Assembly: GCA_964392455.1 (NCBI GenBank) | Contig: CAYMPG010000004.1 | Coordinates: forward strand, 7,537 to 71,536 | Source: an uncultured Clostridium sp. | GTDB taxonomy: Bacteria; Bacillota; Clostridia; Christensenellales; CAG-138 | DNA length: 64,000 nt | Direction of reading: 5' to 3' | Shown: positions 54,431-62,672 of the stretch, piece by piece | How the letters are laid out: every line of letters begins with the position of its first letter | How positions within the stretch are numbered: the first letter of the stretch is position 1 | Notes under the pieces: generated by a model | Databases searched by the model: none | The model's input: only the letters and a program-made list of their open reading frames with translations | What the model was told of the DNA's origin: nothing | Made by a program: the position numbers and the translations under genes

Positions 54431-55983
54431 TAAACGCAGTAGGCAGAGATATACCTGACGAAATCCTTGAAAAAACCGGCAAGGATATATTCCGTGGCTC
54501 ATTTTACAATGACGGCAGGGTCTATAAGAAGGCCGCCCCCACGGTGCACGGCCTGTGCGACCCCGGGCGCAGCAAGCTGATAAGCTCCATCCATCAGGCG
54601 CTGACCCTCTGCGGCATACGGGATGGCATGACCCTCTCCTTTCATCATCACTTCCGCAATGGGGATATGATAGTGAATATGGTAATGGAGGAAGTCCATC
54701 GCATGGGGATAAAGGATATTACCCTGTGCGCCTCCTCCCTCGGCACAGCCCACGACCCAATCGTGCCATATATTGAGGATGGCACCATCACCATGATATA
54801 TTCCTCCGGAATGCGTGGGGAAATAGGCCGGGCGGTAAGCATGGGCAAGCTGAAAAACCCTGCCGTGCTTTACTCCCACGGCGGACGTGTACGCAGCATA
54901 GAGGAGGGCAGCCTGCATATTGATATTGCCTTTATCGGCGCACCCACTGCCGATGAATACGGCAACCTCCGTGCCACCGGCGGCAAGTCAGACTGCGGAG
55001 TGCTGAGCTACGCCTATGCGGATGCCCAGTATGCCGACAGGGTGGTTGCCATTACGGATACCCTTGTACCATTTCCAAATATACCGGCCAGCATATCCAT
55101 GGTAAACGTGGACTATGTATGCTGCGTGGATTCCATTGGAGACCCGGGCAAAATTGCCACCGGGGCAGCCAAACCTACCACCGATCAGCGCAAGCTCCTT
55201 ATGGCAAAATGCTGCAGCGATTTCGTTGCCTCCACCTGCTACTTTAAGGATGGCTTTACCTACCAGACAGGCATCGGCGGCGCATCTATTGCATCCACCA
55301 TTTACCTTGCGGAGGAAATGCGTAAGCGCAATATCCGCATGGGGCTGGGCCTTGGCGGCATTGCGGCCCCCATGGTGCACCTTATGGAGGAGGGGCTGAT
55401 AGGCATGCTTGTGGATACGCAGGATTTTGACCTTGAAGCAGTGGTCTCCCTTTCCGCCCATCCGGACAGGCATATCGAGATAACCGCCAGCGAATATGCA
55501 AACCCCATGAACAAGGGCGCATATGTAAACAGGCTGGATTTTGTAATACTTGCCGCCCTTGAGGTGGATGTAAACTTTAACTGCAATGTGGTCACGGATT
55601 CCTCCGGCATAATATCCGGCGCACAGGGCGGACACCCGGATACAGCCGCAGGGGCAAAATGCACCATCGTCATGACCCCCCTGCTGCAGGGGCGAAACCC
55701 CACCATCCGCACCCAGGCCACCACCATCACCACCCCCGGCGAAACCATAGACGTGGTAATAACGGATTACGGCATTACCGTAAACCCCCGGCGGCCTGAC
55801 CTTATGGATGCGGCAAGGGCCTCCGGCCTGCCCCTTTATACCATGCAGGAGCTGAGGGATATGGCCTACGCCATAGCGGGAGAGCCTGACCCGGTGCAAT
55901 TCAATGACAGAATAGTGGGCATAATCGAAGCCCGGGATGGCAGCATAATAGACGTGGTGCGGCAATTCCGCCCCGCAGATTAG
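54427..55983 (+). CDS. citF: citrate lyase subunit alpha (citrate CoA-transferase)
   Basis: 518 aa; SFHHHFRNGD is typical of CitF. Overlaps the citE stop. Confidence 0.9.
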   Translation: MINAVGRDIPDEILEKTGKDIFRGSFYNDGRVYKKAAPTVHGLCDPGRSKLISSIHQALTLCGIRDGMTLSFHHHFRNGDMIVNMVMEEVHRMGIKDITLCASSLGTAHDPIVPYIEDGTITMIYSSGMRGEIGRAVSMGKLKNPAVLYSHGGRVRSIEEGSLHIDIAFIGAPTADEYGNLRATGGKSDCGVLSYAYADAQYADRVVAITDTLVPFPNIPASISMVNVDYVCCVDSIGDPGKIATGAAKPTTDQRKLLMAKCCSDFVASTCYFKDGFTYQTGIGGASIASTIYLAEEMRKRNIRMGLGLGGIAAPMVHLMEEGLIGMLVDTQDFDLEAVVSLSAHPDRHIEITASEYANPMNKGAYVNRLDFVILAALEVDVNFNCNVVTDSSGIISGAQGGHPDTAAGAKCTIVMTPLLQGRNPTIRTQATTITTPGETIDVVITDYGITVNPRRPDLMDAARASGLPLYTMQELRDMAYAIAGEPDPVQFNDRIVGIIEARDGSIIDVVRQFRPAD

Positions 55984-56051
55984 TTCCGTCATATTTAAAA
56001 AAGCCACCGGCTGAGCCGATGACTTTTTGTACGGTTTGGTGAAGATTTTAG

Positions 56052-58145
56052 CTACAGCCCCAGCCATGCGAGGATGCTGGCAAAAAGGGGCATATCCCCG
56101 GTCTTGGGGATGGCCACGGTATCGCAGTGGGCATTCATATCCGGGGTGAAGCTGGTGGTAACGGTGGTGCTGTGCCACTTTACGGTTATCCACCTTGCGC
56201 CGGGCTGCAGGCAGCTTACGCTGAACTCGCCGCCGTCTCCCACAAAGCCCACGGGCTGGCCGTCTATCTCCACGGATGTGGGCACGGCGGATTTGGAGCT
56301 ACCGAAGCTGTTTCCACCATTGTACCACAGGTCAATGCCGCCGGAGGTGGGTGCAGCCGGAGCGATTATCTCGATGGTGGCGGCAACAGTGCCCAGCAGC
56401 TTACCAACGGAGTTATTCCCTGTGGGCTTTTCCCTTATTTGAATTGTGTCGGTATACTTGCCGATTCCAAGGCCCGCCTTTGGGGTCACGGTAAGGGTAA
56501 GGCTACTCCTCGGGGCTATGGTCACCTCCCTCGTAAGGCTTGTAACCGCCCGGATGCCTGCGCTGCCCTCGGGAGTAGGCGTTGCATTCCATGAAATATT
56601 AAAGTGATCTGTGTCAACAGGTATCTCTAGGGAGCAGCCGGTCGTTCCTATATTTTCAAGGGTAAATGTGCCTGTTGCGCCGCTGTAGCTCTGCACCCCA
56701 TGGGTGCCCAAATCCAGCAGAGCAGGGGTGATATTCAGGCCGGAGGCGCCTGCGCCATGGAATCCCACTCCCGTCGGCACAGTATTTGCACCCTTGCAGT
56801 TCGTATACGTCGAATTGCTGCTATTCCCCACAAAGCTGCCGATACGCTTATTAGGGTTGCTTTCATCATCTGTATACTTTATGTCTGCACTGGTGTTTAT
56901 CGTCATGCCCGAGGCATCTGCTCCATGATATGAAGGACGCCCAATTTGATTGGTACTAACGCCCACAAACCCGCCGAAGCCGCTGGCCGTATTATAATTC
57001 CCCGCAACATTGCCAGTAGATTCGCCTATCTTTTTAACATGGTTTATGGTCATGGTGCCGCTGGCGGAGCAGCCCTCAAAGCCATTTATAATTACGCTCC
57101 CAGAGCTTACGGCATTACTGCTGTTTATCCTTCCTGCAAAGCCTCCTGCTCTGACTGCAGCATTACCACCATCACTGTCGGTCATGCCGGTGCAGGTCAT
57201 ATTCAGGCCGGAAACAGTACAATTGCTGAATAGATCAGATCCAGCATGATAAGTACCGCTTCTTTCGCTGCCCAAAAAGCCGCCAACATTAAGGCTATAG
57301 CCCTCTGCGGTTATGGTAGCGAGAGCTGCTTCGCTGCCGGTCACCTTGCAGCTTCTGAAAAGATTCAGGATCGGCTTACCATCTTCAAATGTAGTGCCGG
57401 GCAGCCAGTGTGCGTTGGAACTATAGGATGAGACTTCAGAGAATTTCCCGTTTTCCCCCACAGTTCCATCCTCTGTCATGCCGGTATGGCCGGCTATATA
57501 TTTTTCACCGCCCGCCTTACTGCATGATGCTTCTATACTGAGAGAATTTACATTTACGCTTTCCGCCTGTGAATTGCTGAATCTGCCAAATGCGCCGCCG
57601 ACGATTATACCATCAACACCACCGCCTGTTGGAGCAATTATGATGACAGGCTGTGTTACGGTAATATCCTTAAAAACGCTGTTTTCAACATATGCAGCCA
57701 CCGTACCGCAGTATAGCTTACTCTCGCTCCCAGTATAGCTGATTTGAGCGCCGCTCAGGGTAAAGCTGTGTACATATACTCCACATATGTGGCCAAAGAG
57801 GCCCATATACCTATTGTTAGGAGTGGTGCATTTAAGGCCGCTTATGGTATGACCCTGCCCGTCAAATTCTCCCCTGAATTCCTTGATGTCAATCCCAATG
57901 GGCGTCCAGCTGGAAATGGCTGAAAGGTCTATGTCAGCTCCCAGCCTGATGACCTTGCCCGCAAAGCTGTTGCCGTTGTTTACCAGGCTGGCAAGGCCCA
58001 GAAGTTCAGCCGCAGAGGATATGGTAAACTCAGACGCACTGCCGTCACCATACCAGGATGTATCTGCCGCAGGGTCAGCGGCCAGTGCGGGCAGCGTGGT
58101 CAGCACCAGCAGCGCCGCCAGAGCAAGGGAAATCAGCTTTTTCAT
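56052..58145 (-). CDS. cell-surface protein with GLUG-like (GG[FL]xG) repeats, C-terminal Cys-containing module and IPKTGD sorting signal
   Basis: Start set at MKKLISLALAALLVLTTLPALA (ATG 58145). Repeated MGLFG/GGAFG/GGFLG/GGFAG/GGFVG/GSFVG motifs. C-terminus ...CDTVAIPKTGDMPLFASILAWLGL. Confidence 0.8.
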   Translation of the reverse strand: MKKLISLALAALLVLTTLPALAADPAADTSWYGDGSASEFTISSAAELLGLASLVNNGNSFAGKVIRLGADIDLSAISSWTPIGIDIKEFRGEFDGQGHTISGLKCTTPNNRYMGLFGHICGVYVHSFTLSGAQISYTGSESKLYCGTVAAYVENSVFKDITVTQPVIIIAPTGGGVDGIIVGGAFGRFSNSQAESVNVNSLSIEASCSKAGGEKYIAGHTGMTEDGTVGENGKFSEVSSYSSNAHWLPGTTFEDGKPILNLFRSCKVTGSEAALATITAEGYSLNVGGFLGSERSGTYHAGSDLFSNCTVSGLNMTCTGMTDSDGGNAAVRAGGFAGRINSSNAVSSGSVIINGFEGCSASGTMTINHVKKIGESTGNVAGNYNTASGFGGFVGVSTNQIGRPSYHGADASGMTINTSADIKYTDDESNPNKRIGSFVGNSSNSTYTNCKGANTVPTGVGFHGAGASGLNITPALLDLGTHGVQSYSGATGTFTLENIGTTGCSLEIPVDTDHFNISWNATPTPEGSAGIRAVTSLTREVTIAPRSSLTLTVTPKAGLGIGKYTDTIQIREKPTGNNSVGKLLGTVAATIEIIAPAAPTSGGIDLWYNGGNSFGSSKSAVPTSVEIDGQPVGFVGDGGEFSVSCLQPGARWITVKWHSTTVTTSFTPDMNAHCDTVAIPKTGDMPLFASILAWLGL

Positions 58146-58214
58146 ATGCACAAAATCCTCCCAAAGATACACTTCTACCAGATAAGCGTAATACTCATTG
58201 TCGCAAAAGTCAAA

Positions 58215-58247
58215 CAAAAAAGCAGCAGCCACAGGGCCGCTGCCTTT
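58215..58247 (-). terminator. intrinsic terminator after nagA
   Basis: Minus strand reads GGCAGCGGCC ctgt GGCTGCTGCT followed by TTTTTTG. Confidence 0.6.
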
Positions 58248-58265
58248 TATTTTATTTTGTGGGGG

Positions 58266-59393
58266 TTACTTCTGGAGCTGCCCCTTGAAGATGATGCTGC
58301 GGATGGACAGATCCTTTTCATTTAGCAGCACTATGCTTGCCTCCTTGCCCGTATCCAGGCTGCCCGTCCTGCCCTCTATGCCTATGGCGCAGGCCGGATT
58401 GTAGGACGCTGCCCGCACTGCATCCGCAAGGGGTATGCCAAAGCTCACTGCCTGCCGCAGGCACCCCATAAGGCTGGTAACTGAGCCTGCAAGGGTCTCC
58501 GGGTGACCGGCTATGGTGGCACGATTGCCATGCACCTCTATTTCCTGACCGCCGAAGGGATAGCGGCCATCCGGCATACCGGTGGCCCGCAGGGAATCCG
58601 ATATGAGTACCATGCGCTCCGGGCCAAACATTGCGAAGGTGAGCCGCACCACGCTGCCGTGGATATGTATGCCGTCGCATATGAGCTCTGCCCTTGCGCC
58701 GCAGTCAAAGGCGGCACCTATGACGCCGGGCTCCCTGTGATGGAGGGGGGGCATGCCATTGTAAAGGTGGGTGGCATGGGATGCGCCGGCCCTGTAGGCC
58801 GCTGAGGCGATATCGTAGGAGGCGGTGGTATGGCCAAGGGATACGGTTATGCCCATATCCACGGCGGCCTTTATGAACTCCATGGCGTTTGGCTCCTCCG
58901 CCGCAAGGGTAACCAGCCTTACGCTGCCCTCTGCCGCCTCATTGAGCCGCCACAGCATGGCGCTATCCGGCTGATGGATATATGCACCATTCTGTGCGCC
59001 CTTTTTTGCCATGGAAAGGAAGGGGCCTTCAAGATGGGCGCCCACAACCTCGGCTCCACCATTGTTGCTTTTCCTGTGGGCCGCTGTAACACGGCATACC
59101 GCCGCAAGCTGCTCCTCTGGCAGGGTCATACCGGCAGGGCAGATATAGGTAACGCCCTGAGAAAGCTCATAATCCGCAATGCGCTGGAGGCCCTCAGCAG
59201 AGGCATCGCTGAAATCCTCCCCAACGCAGCCGTGAAAATGCACATCCACAAGCCCCGGGATAACGTAGCACCCGGCGGCATCTATAAGGGTATCATCCCC
59301 GCTGCTCTCGGCAATGTACAGGCCATTAGTATACACATCCCGGCCCACAAAGCCCCGGCAAAGGTCAAACACCCGGCCGTTGATTATCTGCAT
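58266..59393 (-). CDS. nagA: N-acetylglucosamine-6-phosphate deacetylase
   Basis: 375 aa with DVHFHG metal motif and a length and pattern typical of NagA. Confidence 0.9.
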   Translation of the reverse strand: MQIINGRVFDLCRGFVGRDVYTNGLYIAESSGDDTLIDAAGCYVIPGLVDVHFHGCVGEDFSDASAEGLQRIADYELSQGVTYICPAGMTLPEEQLAAVCRVTAAHRKSNNGGAEVVGAHLEGPFLSMAKKGAQNGAYIHQPDSAMLWRLNEAAEGSVRLVTLAAEEPNAMEFIKAAVDMGITVSLGHTTASYDIASAAYRAGASHATHLYNGMPPLHHREPGVIGAAFDCGARAELICDGIHIHGSVVRLTFAMFGPERMVLISDSLRATGMPDGRYPFGGQEIEVHGNRATIAGHPETLAGSVTSLMGCLRQAVSFGIPLADAVRAASYNPACAIGIEGRTGSLDTGKEASIVLLNEKDLSIRSIIFKGQLQK

Positions 59394-60139
59394 ACAGGTA
59401 CCCCGGCGGCTATTACCTTGCTGAGGGCTCCCTCATCTGCAACGAACACCACATCGGGATGGAGCTGCAGTATGGATGCGGGGCACTCGGGGGAGATGGG
59501 GCCGCATATGGCGGCATACAGGGCATTTGCCTTGCCTTCCCCATTGGCTACCACCAGCACACGGCGGGCTGCCATTATGCAGCCTATGCCCATGGTGACG
59601 GCCTGGCGGGGCACCATATCCACGCTGTCAAAGAAGCGGGAATTTGCATCGATGGTGCTCTTTGCAAGATCTACCACGTGGGTGGCCTTTATGAAGGAGC
59701 TGCCCGGCTCGTTAAAGCCTATGTGGCCATTGTTGCCCACGCCGAGAAGCTGCAGATCTGCATAACCCATGGATTTGATAAGCTCGTCATACCCGGCGCA
59801 CTCTGCTGCGTCATCCGCTGCAAGGCCATTTGGCACATGGGTATTGGCAGGGTCTATATTGATATGATCAAAGAGGTTATCCTGCATAAAGTAACGATAG
59901 CTCTGATCGTGAGTGGGGGCAAGGCCCTTATATTCATCAAGGTTTACTGTACGAACCTGGCTGAAATCCACATCCCCATTCTTGCACATGGCGATAAGCT
60001 CCTTGTATGCGCCTATGGGGGTGGAGCCGGTGGCAAGGCCCAGCACGCAATCCGGCCTGCGGATTACCTCGGCAGCCATAATATTGGCGGCGCGGCGGCT
60101 TATACTGTCGTAATCCTTTTCGCAATAGATTCTCATCAT
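59384..60139 (-). CDS. nagB: glucosamine-6-phosphate deaminase
   Basis: 251 aa with LGLATGSTP and LGVGNNGHIGFNEPGS motifs. Confidence 0.95.
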   Translation of the reverse strand: MMRIYCEKDYDSISRRAANIMAAEVIRRPDCVLGLATGSTPIGAYKELIAMCKNGDVDFSQVRTVNLDEYKGLAPTHDQSYRYFMQDNLFDHINIDPANTHVPNGLAADDAAECAGYDELIKSMGYADLQLLGVGNNGHIGFNEPGSSFIKATHVVDLAKSTIDANSRFFDSVDMVPRQAVTMGIGCIMAARRVLVVANGEGKANALYAAICGPISPECPASILQLHPDVVFVADEGALSKVIAAGVPVCR

Positions 60140-60160
60140 GGTATTTATCTCCTTTTCAGG

Positions 60161-61543
60161 TTATTTTCTGGATTCTGCAAGGCTGGCAGCCGCCATGGAC
60201 TGGCCCACCCGGCGGAACTTTTCATCAGGCAGGGCAAGGTTTATGGCTGTACATACCTGAGGATATTCGCTGGAAAGCACCTTTTTGCAGCTTTCAAGGA
60301 GCAGGTCGCCCCCCTTGCCGCTCATCACACGGCCCAGCAGCAGCACGTGCTTGAAGCCATACAGGTGGAAGTAATATGCAAGGGTATGGCCAAGGTATAC
60401 GCCTATGGAGCGGTAGACCTTTGCGGCCCGCTCATCCCCCTCTGCCATAAGGCCCTGCACCACCTTGAGCTTCTCCGCAGGGGACAGGCTCTCATCCAGC
60501 TCTATGCCTGCCCGGGGGGCAAGCTTTATAACGCTATCCTGGGAAAAATACTTTACGCCGCAGCCAATATCGCCGGACCATTCATCCCGCATGGCATCAG
60601 GCGCCGCATCCACCGGCACAAAGGCAAGCTCATTGAGCCAGCCGGTAATGCGCCCCTCGCCATCCACATAGCCCACGGCCTCGCTGGTGCCCATGGCTAT
60701 GCCCAGCACGTTGTTGTCATTAAGGCTCATGGTGCCTGCAAGGGCAGAAACATCCCCATCGTTATACACCGCATAGGGCACATCACCGAAGGTATCCCTT
60801 ATGGCACGGATGTAGATATCCTTAACCTTTTTATCGAAATCCTCCTTGCCCACCTTCAGGAACAGGGAGGCGCTCATGGTGCGGTCGTTGATATACACGC
60901 CTGCTGAGGATACGCCAACTGCATCCACCCGGGGCATATGCTGCGCTGCGGCCTTAAGGGCAGAAACTATGCCCTCATAGTGATAATCCGGATCTGAATT
61001 GAGCTTGGGGAACCATACCACTTCCTCGGAAAAGACGGTTTCCCCATCCACCACGGCGGACACCTTGCGATCTGACCCGCCGGCATCAAAGCCTATGCGG
61101 CACCCATCCAGATGGCCGCCCACCCGCTTGGGGGCGTCCTTGGCCTCGGGCACCTTATCCACCAGCACCACCTCAAAGGGGCGCTCGAATATATTTGCCA
61201 TATAGTCCCAGTCAAATTCCTGCTGGCCGCCCTTGCCGTATGCCCGGCTCAGGAAATCGTATACCCGCTTATCCCCGGCCACATATATCCTGAAGCCGCC
61301 CTTCATCCAGAGTATGGTCTTTACAAGGCGCTCGATATAATAGCAATCCGCCTCCAGCATGGCATCTGTGCCATGGATGAAGGTATGGTGGGTGGACATC
61401 TGCCCATCTGCCCGCTCCACGGCTATGGAGAAGGGCTTATCCGCATCCTTCAGAAAAGCCTGATTGAACTTGAGCAGGGGAATAAAGCCCGGATCCAGCT
61501 CAGGGGTATTAAGCAACTCAACCGATATACCGCAGCGTTCCAT
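60161..61543 (-). CDS. ROK family sugar kinase with an uncharacterised N-terminal extension of about 145 aa
   Basis: ROK core starts near RIGFDAGGSDRKV (ATP-binding DxGG). The C-terminal 310 aa or so have typical ROK length. The N-terminal 145 aa show no HTH pattern. AAGGAG RBS. Confidence 0.75.
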   Translation of the reverse strand: MERCGISVELLNTPELDPGFIPLLKFNQAFLKDADKPFSIAVERADGQMSTHHTFIHGTDAMLEADCYYIERLVKTILWMKGGFRIYVAGDKRVYDFLSRAYGKGGQQEFDWDYMANIFERPFEVVLVDKVPEAKDAPKRVGGHLDGCRIGFDAGGSDRKVSAVVDGETVFSEEVVWFPKLNSDPDYHYEGIVSALKAAAQHMPRVDAVGVSSAGVYINDRTMSASLFLKVGKEDFDKKVKDIYIRAIRDTFGDVPYAVYNDGDVSALAGTMSLNDNNVLGIAMGTSEAVGYVDGEGRITGWLNELAFVPVDAAPDAMRDEWSGDIGCGVKYFSQDSVIKLAPRAGIELDESLSPAEKLKVVQGLMAEGDERAAKVYRSIGVYLGHTLAYYFHLYGFKHVLLLGRVMSGKGGDLLLESCKKVLSSEYPQVCTAINLALPDEKFRRVGQSMAAASLAESRK

Positions 61544-61781
61544 TATTATATAAGCTCCTTTTATTTAAATGTATTCTTTTACAAGGCTTTTTACAGCTAC
61601 ATTATACCATGACACGGTGCGGATGTATGTTAACTTATTTATCTTTTCTGCCGTATTTTTTGCATTATTCACGCCGGCCGATGGGAGCACGGGGTGGCAT
61701 CCGATTAAAACAGGGGGTAATCTTATTATTTGCAGGCGTATGCAGCAAAAGGCATCTGGGGCAAAGCTCCAAAGGGTAAGC

Positions 61782-61807
61782 AAAAAAGCGGCGCTAAGCC
61801 GCTTTTT
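61782..61807. terminator. terminator-type hairpin T_A
   Basis: AAAAAAGCGGC gctaa GCCGCTTTTT. Confidence 0.65.
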
Positions 61808-61814
61808 ACGGCAA

Positions 61815-62005
61815 CCTAAAGGCTCTTCATGTGCCTACCGCCCGTTCTGCCGGAAACCCGGGGTTGATAAGGGGCCGAAGCCCCTTATGTTTAAATCCGG
61901 CTCTGACGGCATGTACGTCAGAACGGATGAAAGCCGACAGGCTTTCGTACCCTACGGGTTTTGCCGCCCGGGAGCACCTGCGAGAGGCAAAACCCGCAAA
62001 TACTC
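61815..62005 (-). ncRNA. candidate structured RNA, class not recognised
   Basis: No credible ORF. On the minus strand there is a 10-bp hairpin GGGTTTTGCC/GGCAAAACCC with a 20-nt loop. A second hairpin is GAAAGCC-UGUC-GGCTTTC. A 3-way junction is closed by CCGTTCT/AGAACGG; it contains CTGACG/CGTCAG and GCCGGA/TCCGGC leading to TAAGGGGC-UUCG-GCCCCTTA. Confidence 0.4.
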
Positions 62006-62032
62006 AAAAAAGCGGCACTTAGCCGCTTTTTT
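62006..62032. terminator. terminator-type hairpin T_B (terminator of the 62041..62493 gene on the minus strand)
   Basis: AAAAAAGCGGC actta GCCGCTTTTTT, nearly identical to T_A. Confidence 0.7.
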
Positions 62033-62040
62033 GATAACTA

Positions 62041-62493
62041 TTACTTCTTTATCACCACGCCTGCTGCGGCAAGCACTGCCACCGCCACAAATACCGCCAC
62101 GGATATGCCGCCGGTCTTGGGCACAGCCTTGGCAGGCGCATTGCAGTAAATATCCTCATCAGGAGTGAAGCTCACGGTCACGCTGGTGGAGCCCCATTTA
62201 ACGGTGACCCAGTGGGAATCCGCCTTTATGCAGTTCACCTCAAACTCGCTGCCATCGCCAACGAAGGCAACAGGCTGGCCGTCTATTTCCACGCCGCTTG
62301 GGGTATCGGATTCGGTGGTGGCAAATACATTGCCGCCCTTGTATATTACCTGGATACCGGGACCGTCATTCTTCTGCACAGGGGCAGGAGTTACCGGAGC
62401 AGGAGAACTATAAGCATAATCCTCTGCCAGGGCGATGCAGGGTATCAGGGCGATTATAAGGCAAAGAGTCACAGCCATAAGCTTTCTGGTCAT
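62041..62493 (-). CDS. small secreted protein consisting of the Cys-containing module plus VPKTGG sorting signal
   Basis: 150 aa with signal peptide MTRKLMAVTLCLIIALIPCIALA. A region of about 75 aa is homologous to the C-terminus of the 56052..58145 protein. C-terminus VPKTGGISVAVFVAVAVLAAAGVVIKK. Confidence 0.8.
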   Translation of the reverse strand: MTRKLMAVTLCLIIALIPCIALAEDYAYSSPAPVTPAPVQKNDGPGIQVIYKGGNVFATTESDTPSGVEIDGQPVAFVGDGSEFEVNCIKADSHWVTVKWGSTSVTVSFTPDEDIYCNAPAKAVPKTGGISVAVFVAVAVLAAAGVVIKK

Positions 62494-62565
62494 AAAAAAT
62501 CCTCCTTATATATTATATGGTATAGTACGCTGCCGGATAAAAGGGCATCCGGCATATTTTGCATA

Positions 62566-62595
62566 ATTATAAGGTTTTTTATTCCCCGCTGTCAA
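62566..62595 (-). promoter_or_regulatory. sigma-A promoter of the 62041..62493 gene
   Basis: Minus strand reads TTGACA, 18-nt spacer, TATAAT. It is followed by a 5-prime UTR hairpin TGCCGGAT/ATCCGGCA and an AAGGAGG RBS. Confidence 0.65.
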
Positions 62596-62604
62596 TTATG
62601 CAGG

Positions 62605-62633
62605 CAAAAAAAGCGGCGCACTCGGGCGCCGCA
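62605..62633 (-). terminator. intrinsic terminator after rubrerythrin gene
   Basis: Minus strand reads GCGGCGC ccgagt GCGCCGC followed by TTTTTTT. Confidence 0.75.
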
Positions 62634-62672
62634 CAATGGCATTATATTGCAAAAAAAGCTGTATTATCAGGC

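Noticed and set aside
61815-62005. Considered that the structured RNA is a glmS ribozyme or another known riboswitch (ydaO, ykkC, M-box, FMN, ZTP), given the amino-sugar operon downstream
   Set aside because: Only short chance-level similarities were found (for example GGGGTTGAT and CCGACAG on the plus strand, CCCGGGCGG on the minus strand). They lie on inconsistent strands and in inconsistent orders. The conserved cores of those classes are absent. It is kept only as an unclassified candidate.
61569-62168. 199-aa plus-strand ORF and the 72-aa minus ORF (61565..61783) covering the long intergenic region
   Set aside because: They run through two terminator hairpins and into the antisense of the neighbouring gene. 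They have no RBS and arginine/proline-rich nonsense-like composition.
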